Source: Clostridia bacterium (GTDB taxonomy: Bacteria > Bacillota > Clostridia > Oscillospirales > CAG-272). Taken from it: DNA of 64,000 nt. Of this stretch, positions 28,274 to 37,953 are shown piece by piece; within the stretch, counting starts at the first letter, position 1, and every line of letters begins with the position of its first letter. The notes beneath the pieces are model-generated. The model was not told the DNA's origin. It did no database searches and saw only the letters and a program-made list of their open reading frames with translations. The DNA lies in assembly GCA_017411745.1 (NCBI GenBank), contig JAFQPM010000021.1, positions 1,349 to 65,348 on the forward strand, written 5' to 3'. The position numbers and the translations under genes are program-made.

Positions 28274-29221
28274 TTATATATCAGAACGAGCCTCCCAGAC
28301 AGCATAAAGCTGCATTTTGCGGCTCACGTTGATCGTCTCGCCGAGAGCGTACTTGACCTCACCGTCGGGAACGTCGCTCCAACCGACAAGTGTGTAGCCT
28401 TCCCTTTCAAATCCGCCCTCAAGCAATTTCAGGTCGCATCTGGTCGTGCCGTAAAGCTTTTTTACGCCCTTTGCGCGAGCTGATAAGCCTCCGTTGCCAA
28501 CGAGCAGTATCGTGCGCGTAAACGGCAGAGAGAGCAAAAAGAAGAATATGACTACGATAACGAACGCGGGCGCCAGATGCCAGTACGGCACTCCTATCAG
28601 CTTATGGAAGGTGCTGAGGATCGGTATACCGTCGGTGTTGTAGATATACGAAAAGCTCTGATTCTCCGCCATTATTCCCGCGCTCTTGAGTATTTCGGAT
28701 ATAACGTATACGAGAGTGAAATACCCAAAAACACAGCCGCTGACGGGCAAAATATACTTTCTCTCGGGGCGAAGTCTGCCCGAAGCGAACATCCAAAGCG
28801 GGCATATCATAGCAAAGCTGTGATAGAGCCAGGAGTTGAACACGATAGGCTCGTACCAATTAGCGCCTCCCCAGCGTGGATTGAGCGCAACGAGCGTGGT
28901 AGCCGCGGCAAACATCGAAAAGTAGAATGAATATTGCCTTGCCAGCTTGAATTTCGGTATAAGCATAAGCGGCAGTAGAATAAAGTTAAAATTACAGACC
29001 TGAAGCTGCTGCATAAGCAGAGTTTTAAGGTCAAGACCTCCCTTCCATGATAGCCCCATAGCAAAGCGATAAAATATCGCGCTTGAGCATATCACAACGG
29101 AGATGACTATCAACAAGTCCTGCCACTTTCTCGGCAGCTTTGCCACAGCCAAGCAGCTCAAAACCATAAACGCCGCCGTGGCAAGAAATAAAACTATGTG
29201 TTGTATGCTTCCTGGTGTCAT
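28274..29221 (-). CDS. YwaF-like integral membrane protein with a C-terminal InlB B-repeat-like domain
   Basis: About 7 hydrophobic segments; FEREGYTLVGWS..LYAVWE. Confidence 0.6.
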   Translation of the reverse strand: MTPGSIQHIVLFLATAAFMVLSCLAVAKLPRKWQDLLIVISVVICSSAIFYRFAMGLSWKGGLDLKTLLMQQLQVCNFNFILLPLMLIPKFKLARQYSFYFSMFAAATTLVALNPRWGGANWYEPIVFNSWLYHSFAMICPLWMFASGRLRPERKYILPVSGCVFGYFTLVYVISEILKSAGIMAENQSFSYIYNTDGIPILSTFHKLIGVPYWHLAPAFVIVVIFFFLLSLPFTRTILLVGNGGLSARAKGVKKLYGTTRCDLKLLEGGFEREGYTLVGWSDVPDGEVKYALGETINVSRKMQLYAVWEARSDI

Positions 29222-29222
29222 A

Positions 29223-30149
29223 TTATTCTGTAATTGTTATTTCGTAGGTTGTTTCGACTAAAATGCCGCCTTCCTTGTATTTGACCGTAAGCGTGTAGGG
29301 GCCTTTTTCCCCTTTCTCAAATGCCGCTTGTGCCGCTTCCCAACCGTAAACGTAACTGTTTACAAGACTGATGCGTTTGGTTGTACCGTCCTTGTATTCG
29401 CGAACGATAACTCCGCCGCTGGTATCAAGCCATTCGTCAGCCTTATATTCGATTTTAGGAAGCTCCTCAAGATAAATTCCTACCAATGTCGACGTAGGCT
29501 TTGGCGTCTCCTTTACCGTGATAGAAAAAGTCGCAATAAAGCCCTCGTACTGTACGCTTATAGTCTGCTTTTCCGCAGGTTCGGTATTATCAAATCCGGT
29601 TATTATACATTTGGAGATCGGAACTGTAGTTTGCTTGCCGTTTCTGCGAGTAACAGTTATCTTCAAGCCCTCATAATCCGCTTCTTCGCCAACGTAATAT
29701 GTCGTTTTGTTAGGTGTAGAGGAAATTGAGATATGACCGATCTCGTTTCCCTGCTTATTGGCACCTATGACTATCACTAAAAGCATGGAAATAAGCGCTA
29801 TTACCACGACAAGAGAGATTGAAATACCAATTATCGACTTGACGTTTTTAGGCTTACGAGCGCCCGAACCGCTATTCTTTTTTAAATTAACCGTATTCAG
29901 AGGCTGTGCGCCCTTCGGCTGCCTCTGCTGTTTTATTTTTACGTGCGATTCCTGCTTGACCTTTACGGGCTTTTCCCGCTTAACCTTGACAAGTCTTTCT
30001 GCCTTGGGGGTTTTAGGAGCCTTCGCGGGCTTGCTTATTTTCAAATTTACGGTATTGTCCTTCTTTGAAGGTCTGGGGGCTTTTGGTTCTTTAGGAGCCT
30101 TAACTTGCTTTTCTTTTTTTGGTTTTGTAGGCTTAAAATTAACAGCCAT
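29223..30149 (-). CDS. Membrane-anchored bacterial Ig-like (Big_3) protein
   Basis: Lys/Pro-rich N-terminus, one TM helix, two P.KT.Y..GE..D..G Ig repeats. Confidence 0.7.
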   Translation of the reverse strand: MAVNFKPTKPKKEKQVKAPKEPKAPRPSKKDNTVNLKISKPAKAPKTPKAERLVKVKREKPVKVKQESHVKIKQQRQPKGAQPLNTVNLKKNSGSGARKPKNVKSIIGISISLVVVIALISMLLVIVIGANKQGNEIGHISISSTPNKTTYYVGEEADYEGLKITVTRRNGKQTTVPISKCIITGFDNTEPAEKQTISVQYEGFIATFSITVKETPKPTSTLVGIYLEELPKIEYKADEWLDTSGGVIVREYKDGTTKRISLVNSYVYGWEAAQAAFEKGEKGPYTLTVKYKEGGILVETTYEITITE

Positions 30150-30182
30150 AGTTTTCCTCCAAAATAAAGGTTATAATGGTGA

Positions 30183-30208
30183 TCCACCCACCCCGAGAGG
30201 GTGGGTGG
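30183..30208 (-). terminator. GC-rich hairpin after the giant pilin gene
   Basis: CCACCCACCC-CGAGA-GGGTGGGTGG; no long U-tract, so it may be an attenuator or stabiliser. Confidence 0.4.
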
Positions 30209-30240
30209 CAGAAAATTTTAATTAGGAAATAATTACATAA

Positions 30241-33200
30241 TTATTTCCACAGGCCATTCTTGAAGGCAAGCATCTTCTCAAGGAAGTAGACCAAGTCATC
30301 ATAAGTAATAATACCCTTACTAACAGCGACCTTAAAGTATTGAGCATTGAGAGCCACGAACTCATCCTCTGTCATAATATCAGCGAGGTCAGCATAGGTA
30401 TATAGGCCATATAGTTCAATGTCAGTCTGCATTTGAACCTTATCAAATGCCATATCTTGGGTAACATCAAACGGCATATAGAAATTACCCAATCCCTCTG
30501 TGGGAGTCAAAGTAAGCATGCCCTCTAGGAAGCAGTTGTAATGCTTGTCAGACAAAACAGAATAACTATCTGTTACCTGAATTTCAGAATGACAATCAAC
30601 CATTTTTACTTTGCTGAGGCCAGATTCTCCCGCTCTGATGAAGTTATGGCCAACATAATCTTTTGCATTTTCTGCATTAAGGAATACAAATTCACCAAGA
30701 TCCGCGTCGAAGATGCCATGTTCGCCAATAATGTTTATTACAGTTCCGTCATCAAAATACAGAGCGGTTACAATCTGCTCAGCTACACCGTGATTACCAA
30801 TAGCAGAAGCGGGGACAACATCATATTTACCATCATAGAAGTTCCAAACCAGCAACATATCCTCGTATGTTACATATTGAATTTCCTTCTGAGTACCGTC
30901 GGCCAATGTTACCAGAGTGTCAGGAGTAACACAACTATTCTTCTTTGCGAGAGTAAATGTAGCCGTATTCTTAACAGTCGTACCATTCTTTCCAGTATAG
31001 GAATATGTGAATGTAACAGTCTTATCTGTAGAATCATCATCCGCCTTACTATCATACATCCAATAGTTAGTACCGTCAACTTGTGTTCCGGTCACCTCAC
31101 TATCGCTAGCCTTAATAGACAAACCATTCAGATTAGATGCGGAAATAGATACTGTGAAGCTTGTGCCATCATCATTATAATCGGTAATTACCAAGCCTCC
31201 CAAAACTTCATAGTATGCCGAATAGTCCTTGTCAAATACCGAACCACTTTCTACCCACTTGGAGGTCTTGGTAAGACCGTCTACGTTTATTACTGCACTA
31301 GGATGGTTGCTGTTCGATACAACCACCGTAACCTCATACGTGTATTCATTGTTTGCGGTCTGCTTGGAACCATCATTATTAAAGAACCAGTTATCCGTAA
31401 CCACATAAGTAAGCGTATATGTGCCTGCCTTATTAAAGGTGACCTTTTTGCCATTCACAGTGCCGCCAGTGCAGGAAATGTTGACAGCAATAGTCTGACC
31501 TGAATATTTAGATACAGTATATACAGATGCATCCAACGTGCACGTTTCACCCGCGGGAATATCTATTTTGTACTGAACTACACCATTCGTAAGTGTAAGA
31601 TTATGCTTGAATACAGGCTTCAATACCGCCTGTGTGTTAGGAACATAACTGTTGTCGTAGCTGGGAATAGCGCTTACAGCAGGGCTAGGTATATGCGTAT
31701 AAATAGTAGCATCGTACGTCTCACCCATCACTTTCACAGAAGCATCAGTAGTGCTATAGGGCACAGAAGCCTTGTTTGTACGATTATCATTCACTGCCTT
31801 AGTTCTCGTTCCAAGGAACAGAATACCTGTGTTGATGTACTTTGTTCCACCAACCTCGTGGTAAAGGCTGGAATTATTTACTAAGTTGCTGGCAATAGAC
31901 TGAATGTCACTATCCAAATACTGCTTATCACTCTCTGATACCCAGTTATACTGGTTGAGTGTGCCTTCCAACGTAACATCACACGTATTACTAATACCGG
32001 ATTCCACAATTACACCTGCACCAAGAACCGTACCGGAACCAATGGTAGCGGTTGTAGGCACCTGCACCGTTGTAACATCCTTCAGGGTAAGAGAACCGGT
32101 TTGCAACCAAAGGTTACAATAGTTACCACCCACCAGAGTAGTATTTTCAACGTACAAGGACGTACCGTTAGCCATAACGGGCTCACGGAAACCGGAAATA
32201 TAAGAGTTAGAAATTGTTGCATTTCCGGTCGTATAAATTCCCGCAACATAATAAGGCTTGCTGGAAGAAACCTCGCTCTGATAGATCAGCTCAGGATATA
32301 CAGGACCATTGATCACAACATTATCAATAGTACCACCATTCAAATAGAACAGCGCGTTGTTAGAGTTAGTTGTAGCACTAGTAAAGCTCTGCGCATTGAT
32401 CGCAAATCCGTTACCGTAAATAGTACCGGAAATAGCAGTCTTGTTAGCAGTTCCCCAAGTAATATCATTAAGCAGAACGTAGTTAGTAGCGCCGCTGAAA
32501 TCACTCGCAGAGGTCACGTTCTTACCGTTTACGACCTCAACTGCAAGGGTTGCTGTTCCCTGTTCCGTAGTTACTTCTATGATCGCAACACCCGTGCCGC
32601 TGAATTTAATGGTACTGCTTGCCCAAGTATCCTTTGTCAAGTCGGAGGTATAGGTTGCCGTGAAGCCACTGCCGCTTGTTGCGATCGCGTTGAGGGTTCC
32701 CGTACCTGAGGTCTTGGAAGCATCGAAGATATTCAACGTAATGGAATCAGGTGCCTTCTCCGTATTGAACAGCTTATCCAAAGTAAAGGCATTTCCGTTA
32801 CCCACGCGGAAGAGATAGGTCGCACCCATCTTAACGTCCTCGGTAATATCGTTGACCTCGAACGGACTCGAGGAATTATCAACTACCTCAATTGCAACGG
32901 TATCGGTAATGTATTCACCGACCTTGATCGTCAAATTCTGTGTGCCAAATTCTTCTTTCGTAAGCACAAGATTGTTGCCGTCGATGGTAAATACATTTCC
33001 CTCACCCAATTCAAAACTAAGAGTATCGTCAAGCTCGATTCCCTCGATGGTGTAGTTATATGAATAAGCAGAAATGCTGCCCAGCGAGTACGAATCCTTT
33101 GTTCCGTCGTACGTTATCGTAGAAGCGAGTACATCGCCCGCATTGTCGAGCTCAATAGAACCAAACTCAGTATCGAGAGTAACTGCGTTTATACGGACAA

Positions 33201-34176
33201 TGGCAATAGTTTTCGTTAAAGATTTAGGCTCACTTTCGCCTACGGTAGCTGTAGCCGTAATAACGACCTCGGAATCTGCTCCAACAGCAGGAAGCGCGAG
33301 AGTTACCTTTCCGGACTCATCAACAGTAGCAAGAGCATTCGAAGATCCCCAAGTTACAGTAACTTCTCCAAGCTCTCCACCGTTATCGGATACGAAACCG
33401 CCCGCTGTCAAAGTAAACGTTTTTACGTCGTACGGAACGTAGATCGTATCACCTGCGGAGATTCCCTTGTCTGCAGTAACCGTGAAGGACTCTAATTTTG
33501 CTAACTCGCCAAGTCTTAAATCAAGGGCATCTGCAATAGCCTGAAAATGCTCGGCTGCCTTGTTGAATGCTTGTGCTGCCTCTGTTAACACTTCTTTCGC
33601 TGCTTCAATGGCAGTTGTATCACCGCTTTCCATTGCAACCAACATATCGCCAATTATTCCACTCAGATCAAGGCAAAAATAGCGGTCTTTATGCATTCTT
33701 ATGTCGTCTTTATGAGCATCATAAAAAAGACTGTTTCTGGTCGTTTCATTCACATCAGGTTCTGCCTGCTCTGTGGTAGCACCAAGCAAAATGACCTTGT
33801 TTGCAGTTTTGTTTTCTGCCTCAGGACTGTTCTGAGGTGTGGCATCCAAATCTGAATACGTACTAAGAACGATTTGATTTTTTTCAACGTCATAGTAATA
33901 GCTCAAACCGTACTTCGCGCTTCGGGGCGCAAAATTGTTTGCCTTTGCCTCACCGTATGTCTCCTTAATCAAGGCATACAGATCATCCGCATTTTCGACC
34001 TCGTTGATAGCCAGCTGCGTATTAAGCGAGGTTATCTCCGCCTCATCAGCAGAGATGTTCGCCTTTTCGACCAAAGCTCCGAACGTAGGGATCATTACCG
34101 CCGCAAGCACAGCTACAACCGCGATAACGATTACAAGCTCTACAACGGTAAAGGCTTTAACGTTTCTCTTTTTCAT
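30241..34176 (-). CDS. Giant type IV pilin-like adhesin with a C-terminal Hint (Hedgehog/intein) domain
   Basis: Class III signal KKRNVKA|FTVVELVIVIAVVAVLAAV; Ig-like/beta-rich middle; S-CVTPDTLVTLADG, IIGEHGIF, YSVLSDKHYNCFLEGMLT. Confidence 0.85.
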   Translation of the reverse strand: MKKRNVKAFTVVELVIVIAVVAVLAAVMIPTFGALVEKANISADEAEITSLNTQLAINEVENADDLYALIKETYGEAKANNFAPRSAKYGLSYYYDVEKNQIVLSTYSDLDATPQNSPEAENKTANKVILLGATTEQAEPDVNETTRNSLFYDAHKDDIRMHKDRYFCLDLSGIIGDMLVAMESGDTTAIEAAKEVLTEAAQAFNKAAEHFQAIADALDLRLGELAKLESFTVTADKGISAGDTIYVPYDVKTFTLTAGGFVSDNGGELGEVTVTWGSSNALATVDESGKVTLALPAVGADSEVVITATATVGESEPKSLTKTIAIVRINAVTLDTEFGSIELDNAGDVLASTITYDGTKDSYSLGSISAYSYNYTIEGIELDDTLSFELGEGNVFTIDGNNLVLTKEEFGTQNLTIKVGEYITDTVAIEVVDNSSSPFEVNDITEDVKMGATYLFRVGNGNAFTLDKLFNTEKAPDSITLNIFDASKTSGTGTLNAIATSGSGFTATYTSDLTKDTWASSTIKFSGTGVAIIEVTTEQGTATLAVEVVNGKNVTSASDFSGATNYVLLNDITWGTANKTAISGTIYGNGFAINAQSFTSATTNSNNALFYLNGGTIDNVVINGPVYPELIYQSEVSSSKPYYVAGIYTTGNATISNSYISGFREPVMANGTSLYVENTTLVGGNYCNLWLQTGSLTLKDVTTVQVPTTATIGSGTVLGAGVIVESGISNTCDVTLEGTLNQYNWVSESDKQYLDSDIQSIASNLVNNSSLYHEVGGTKYINTGILFLGTRTKAVNDNRTNKASVPYSTTDASVKVMGETYDATIYTHIPSPAVSAIPSYDNSYVPNTQAVLKPVFKHNLTLTNGVVQYKIDIPAGETCTLDASVYTVSKYSGQTIAVNISCTGGTVNGKKVTFNKAGTYTLTYVVTDNWFFNNDGSKQTANNEYTYEVTVVVSNSNHPSAVINVDGLTKTSKWVESGSVFDKDYSAYYEVLGGLVITDYNDDGTSFTVSISASNLNGLSIKASDSEVTGTQVDGTNYWMYDSKADDDSTDKTVTFTYSYTGKNGTTVKNTATFTLAKKNSCVTPDTLVTLADGTQKEIQYVTYEDMLLVWNFYDGKYDVVPASAIGNHGVAEQIVTALYFDDGTVINIIGEHGIFDADLGEFVFLNAENAKDYVGHNFIRAGESGLSKVKMVDCHSEIQVTDSYSVLSDKHYNCFLEGMLTLTPTEGLGNFYMPFDVTQDMAFDKVQMQTDIELYGLYTYADLADIMTEDEFVALNAQYFKVAVSKGIITYDDLVYFLEKMLAFKNGLWK

Positions 34177-34212
34177 AATTTCCTCCTAAATAATTAACTG
34201 CACTTAAACGTA

Positions 34213-35904
34213 TTACTCTACGTTCAAGGTCATCAACTCCTGAATACTAGTCACGCCGTTTACCACAAGATTGCGGCAGGAGCTCCAAAGAGTTACCATT
34301 CCGTTTTGTCTTGCGAGGTCGCGAAGCACCTCAAGATTCTTTTCGTGCGATACGGCATTTCGCATATTTTCGTTCATATACATGATCTCGTGCACCGCTA
34401 TTCTGCCCTTGTATCCCGTGTGATTACAGAACTGACAGCCCTGCGGACGATAAATACTGATAGGCTCGTCTATACCGAGTATTTGCATTTCCTTTGGTGT
34501 GGTCTTGCTCCTTCTTCGGCACTCGGGACAAAGTCTCTTGACAAGACGCTGAGCGATAACACCCACAAGCGCGTCTGCAACGAGGTAATCCGCGATACCC
34601 ATATCCTCAAGACGCGTGATCGCTCCCGTCGCGTCGTTAGTATGCAGAGTACTGAATACAAGGTGTCCCGTAATAGCTGCTCTGACGGCGATCTCCGCGG
34701 TCTCCTCATCTCGCATCTCACCGATCATTATGATATCGGGGTCCTGACGGAGTATGGAACGGAGCGCGGTTGCAAAGGTCATATTCGCCTTTGCGTTCAC
34801 CTGAGTCTGATTTATTCCGTGCATAACGTACTCAACGGGGTCTTCAACTGTGACAATATTCACCGCAGAGGTGTTCACTTCCTTGAGGAACGAGTAAAGA
34901 GTCGTGGATTTTCCGCAACCCGTAGGTCCTGTCAGAAGTATGATTCCGTGAGGCTTCGAGAGCATTTTGTTTATATACACGTTTTCATGCTCAGTAAATC
35001 CAAGGTCCTCACGCGTGAAGCGGAAGGACGTTTTATCAAGTACTCTGATAACGAACTTTTCTCCGAACATAGTGGGAAGCGAGGACACACGGAAGTCAAA
35101 TTCCTTGCCACCGATCACCATATCGATTCTTCCGTCCTGAGGTATTCGACGTTCGGCAATATCAAGTCCTGCCATTATCTTGATTCGCGCGCATATTGCG
35201 GAATAAGAATTTATCGGAAACTCTGCTCTTTCCTGAAGGTCACCGTCAATACGGTAACGCACCTTAACGACCTTCTCAAAGGGCTCGATATGTATATCAC
35301 TCGCACGATACGGCACTGCCTCTCTGATGATTGAGTCGACCAGACGAACCGACGGGTTGTTGACGACGTCGTTTTCGGCTACAACATCCTCATCTGCGGC
35401 TGCCTTCTTATTTGAGAACATCTCCGCCTCACCCTCGGTATTGAGGTCGTTAAGCGCCGCTGACGTTGACATAACTACCGCGATCGAGTCTATATATCGA
35501 TCGATCTGTCCGGGCGGAACGAGAACGTAATCGGTCGGGCAAACTATCTGCGAGGAGATAGCTGACATAGCCGCGCAATCAAGCGGATTGCCCGTTGCTA
35601 TAAGCAGCTTCCCTTCGGGGCTCATGCTGACGGGAATTATCTTGTAACGCTTCATAAACTCGAACGTAAACATATCGAACAACGATTTGTCTATGTCAAG
35701 CATATCTATTTCCACGTAAGGCAAGCAATAATATCCGCCTAAAACGGGTAATTCCTTGACCTCGGTCGTGTACTCCTTGGTAAGCATATAATCACGTACC
35801 GAAACCTTAAGTCTCTCACAATCCTCAAGGATCTGGTTCGCTTGCTTTTTCTTTATTATCTTTTTGTAAATGTAAAATTGCAGCAGATCTCTATTTATAT
35901 TCAT
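34213..35904 (-). CDS. pilB: Type IV pilus assembly ATPase (PilB/GspE)
   Basis: ASDIHIEP, GPTGCGKST, TVEDPVE, LRQDPD, STLHTN, Zn cysteines. Confidence 0.93.
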   Translation of the reverse strand: MNINRDLLQFYIYKKIIKKKQANQILEDCERLKVSVRDYMLTKEYTTEVKELPVLGGYYCLPYVEIDMLDIDKSLFDMFTFEFMKRYKIIPVSMSPEGKLLIATGNPLDCAAMSAISSQIVCPTDYVLVPPGQIDRYIDSIAVVMSTSAALNDLNTEGEAEMFSNKKAAADEDVVAENDVVNNPSVRLVDSIIREAVPYRASDIHIEPFEKVVKVRYRIDGDLQERAEFPINSYSAICARIKIMAGLDIAERRIPQDGRIDMVIGGKEFDFRVSSLPTMFGEKFVIRVLDKTSFRFTREDLGFTEHENVYINKMLSKPHGIILLTGPTGCGKSTTLYSFLKEVNTSAVNIVTVEDPVEYVMHGINQTQVNAKANMTFATALRSILRQDPDIIMIGEMRDEETAEIAVRAAITGHLVFSTLHTNDATGAITRLEDMGIADYLVADALVGVIAQRLVKRLCPECRRRSKTTPKEMQILGIDEPISIYRPQGCQFCNHTGYKGRIAVHEIMYMNENMRNAVSHEKNLEVLRDLARQNGMVTLWSSCRNLVVNGVTSIQELMTLNVE

Positions 35905-35920
35905 TCAGTCACCTCCTAAA

Positions 35921-37132
35921 TCAAGCAAGGGTGCTCATAATGGCAAGCATAGGGGAGTAAACCGCAAAAAACAGCACTCCGACTATAAGACCCATTATCA
36001 CAAGCATTGTGGGTTGGATCTTGGAGGTCAGCGAAGTGAGCGAGGTATCGACCTGATCATCAAAGAACGCGCAAGAACGGGAAAGCACTTCCTCCAAGGA
36101 AGCCGTTTGCTCTCCGACGGCAAGCATCTGGAGAAGCATGGGGGGAAACAGCTTTTGCTTTTGGAACGCATCCGTAAGCGTGACACCGTTGTGTACGTCG
36201 GTTGCCGCTTCCTCAAATCGTTCCTTAACGTAACTGTTACCAAGAATAATAGTTACGGCATCAAGCGCGCTGGCAAGATCCATTCCGCTTGAAAGCAAGA
36301 TGCTGAATGCACGCGCAAAACGCGCGGTTATCAAGTTGACCTGAATGCGTCCGATAAGAGGCGCTTTGATCTTTATTACGTCTATGACTCGCTTTCCCTT
36401 TGCAGTTCTGGAAAGCAAGAAGATCACACCGCCAAGAATAATGATCGCGGCAATCACAAGGCCACCGTAAACCAAGAAGAAATCCGAAATATCATATACC
36501 GCTTTCGTTAATCCCGTGATCTCAACGTCAAGGGACGCGAGCGATTCTCGAAAAGTAGGAACGACGAACGCAAGCATCAGTATAGCTATGGCAACCGTCA
36601 TAAGCGCAAGCATAGACGGATACGATAGCGCAGATTTTACCTTTCTTTTTATAGCGGAATCCTTCTCATAATAGTCCGCGAGGGAGACAAACACCGTATC
36701 GAGCTTTCCGCTTGCTTCTCCAACGTGAACCATGCTGCAGAAAAAATCAGGAAAGATCTTCTTATGCTTGTCAAGAGCCTCGGAAAGCATTGCTCCGCCC
36801 TTTATGTCCTCACTGATTACCTGAAGTACGGACTTAAAATACGCAGAGTAAGGCTGAGTTTTCAGAATGTCGATACATTCGAGCAACGTAATGCCCGTAG
36901 ATAGCATAATAGCGAACTGTCTGCAGAAGGTAGTAAGCTCACTCAGCTTTACCTTTCCCGTACCGAGCGTGAAGAAAGCGGACGGCGTGCCTCCCTTGTA
37001 GACGGAGGCAGAAACAAGATACAAGTTTTGCTTTGTAAGCTGAACGGCAAGATCCTGTTCATCTTCGGCAATAAAAATGCCCTTATATTTTTTCTTCTGC
37101 AAATTTACCGCTACGTATTTGTATGTAGGCAT
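35921..37132 (-). CDS. pilC: Type IV pilus platform protein (PilC/GspF)
   Basis: FCRQFAIMLSTG, VGEASGKLD; two T2SSF domains. Confidence 0.92.
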   Translation of the reverse strand: MPTYKYVAVNLQKKKYKGIFIAEDEQDLAVQLTKQNLYLVSASVYKGGTPSAFFTLGTGKVKLSELTTFCRQFAIMLSTGITLLECIDILKTQPYSAYFKSVLQVISEDIKGGAMLSEALDKHKKIFPDFFCSMVHVGEASGKLDTVFVSLADYYEKDSAIKRKVKSALSYPSMLALMTVAIAILMLAFVVPTFRESLASLDVEITGLTKAVYDISDFFLVYGGLVIAAIIILGGVIFLLSRTAKGKRVIDVIKIKAPLIGRIQVNLITARFARAFSILLSSGMDLASALDAVTIILGNSYVKERFEEAATDVHNGVTLTDAFQKQKLFPPMLLQMLAVGEQTASLEEVLSRSCAFFDDQVDTSLTSLTSKIQPTMLVIMGLIVGVLFFAVYSPMLAIMSTLA

Positions 37133-37157
37133 AACCTTTCACCTCACTCTCTTTTTA

Positions 37158-37943
37158 TCATCTAAGAAACGACAGATACCAATTAAGTATCTGCGTTCCA
37201 AAAAGTATTGCAACGCTGAAACCAATGATCAGGAACGGCGCAAAGGGAAATTCCCTATCTTCCCCTTCTTTGCCTTTGGTTGCGATCGACATAATTATTG
37301 CGGCAGGCACGGTTGCGATGATCAACGAAAGGATCAAACGCTCCCAACCAAGCAATAATCCCGCCACGAGTGCGAGCTTGACGTCGCCACCGCCCAGTCC
37401 TTCTCTCCCTGTCACCTTTTCGAATACCCAAGCAACGAGGAAAAAGACTGCAAATCCGGAAGCCGCGCCAATAATATGCGACAGCCAACCATAATCCTTA
37501 TCAAAGAAAATATTTATTATTCCAAGCACGAGCAAAATTATCTGAAAACGATCAAATATCAGCTTATGCTCAAGATCAATGAAAAATATACAGATAAAGA
37601 CCGAAAAAACCAACGCATAAATGCAGGTCAATGCGATGCTCTTTTCCCAAAAAAGATGAACGCAAAGGACCCACAAAACCGCGTTTGCGATCTCAACTGC
37701 CGTGTATCTGAAGGATATATGACCCTTACAGCTTCGGCATTTACCGCCAAGGATCAAATAAGAGATCACGGGGATATTGTCGTACCAGCGGAGCTCGTAA
37801 TTACACGCGGGACAATGCGAGTTGGGCTTTGCAATGCTCATTTTGTTGGGCACGCGGTATATGACCACGTTAAGAAAGCTTCCGACGCATAAGCCTACGA
37901 TCCCCGCAAGAATATAGGCTACCGCCAAATAATACTTATCCAT
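37158..37943 (-). CDS. pilD: Prepilin peptidase
   Basis: GSFLNVVIYRVP, CPAC..CRSC, GLGGGDVKL, PFAPF. Confidence 0.93.
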   Translation of the reverse strand: MDKYYLAVAYILAGIVGLCVGSFLNVVIYRVPNKMSIAKPNSHCPACNYELRWYDNIPVISYLILGGKCRSCKGHISFRYTAVEIANAVLWVLCVHLFWEKSIALTCIYALVFSVFICIFFIDLEHKLIFDRFQIILLVLGIINIFFDKDYGWLSHIIGAASGFAVFFLVAWVFEKVTGREGLGGGDVKLALVAGLLLGWERLILSLIIATVPAAIIMSIATKGKEGEDREFPFAPFLIIGFSVAILFGTQILNWYLSFLR

Positions 37944-37953
37944 AAGCTTTCCC

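Noticed and set aside
27981-28307. 108-aa ORF spanning the island's right end
   Set aside because: It overlaps the arm repeats, tRNA remnant and terminator; likely spurious
30511-30933. Canonical intein in the giant pilin
   Set aside because: No terminal His-Asn followed by Cys/Ser/Thr and no homing endonuclease; treated as a Hog/BIL-type Hint instead
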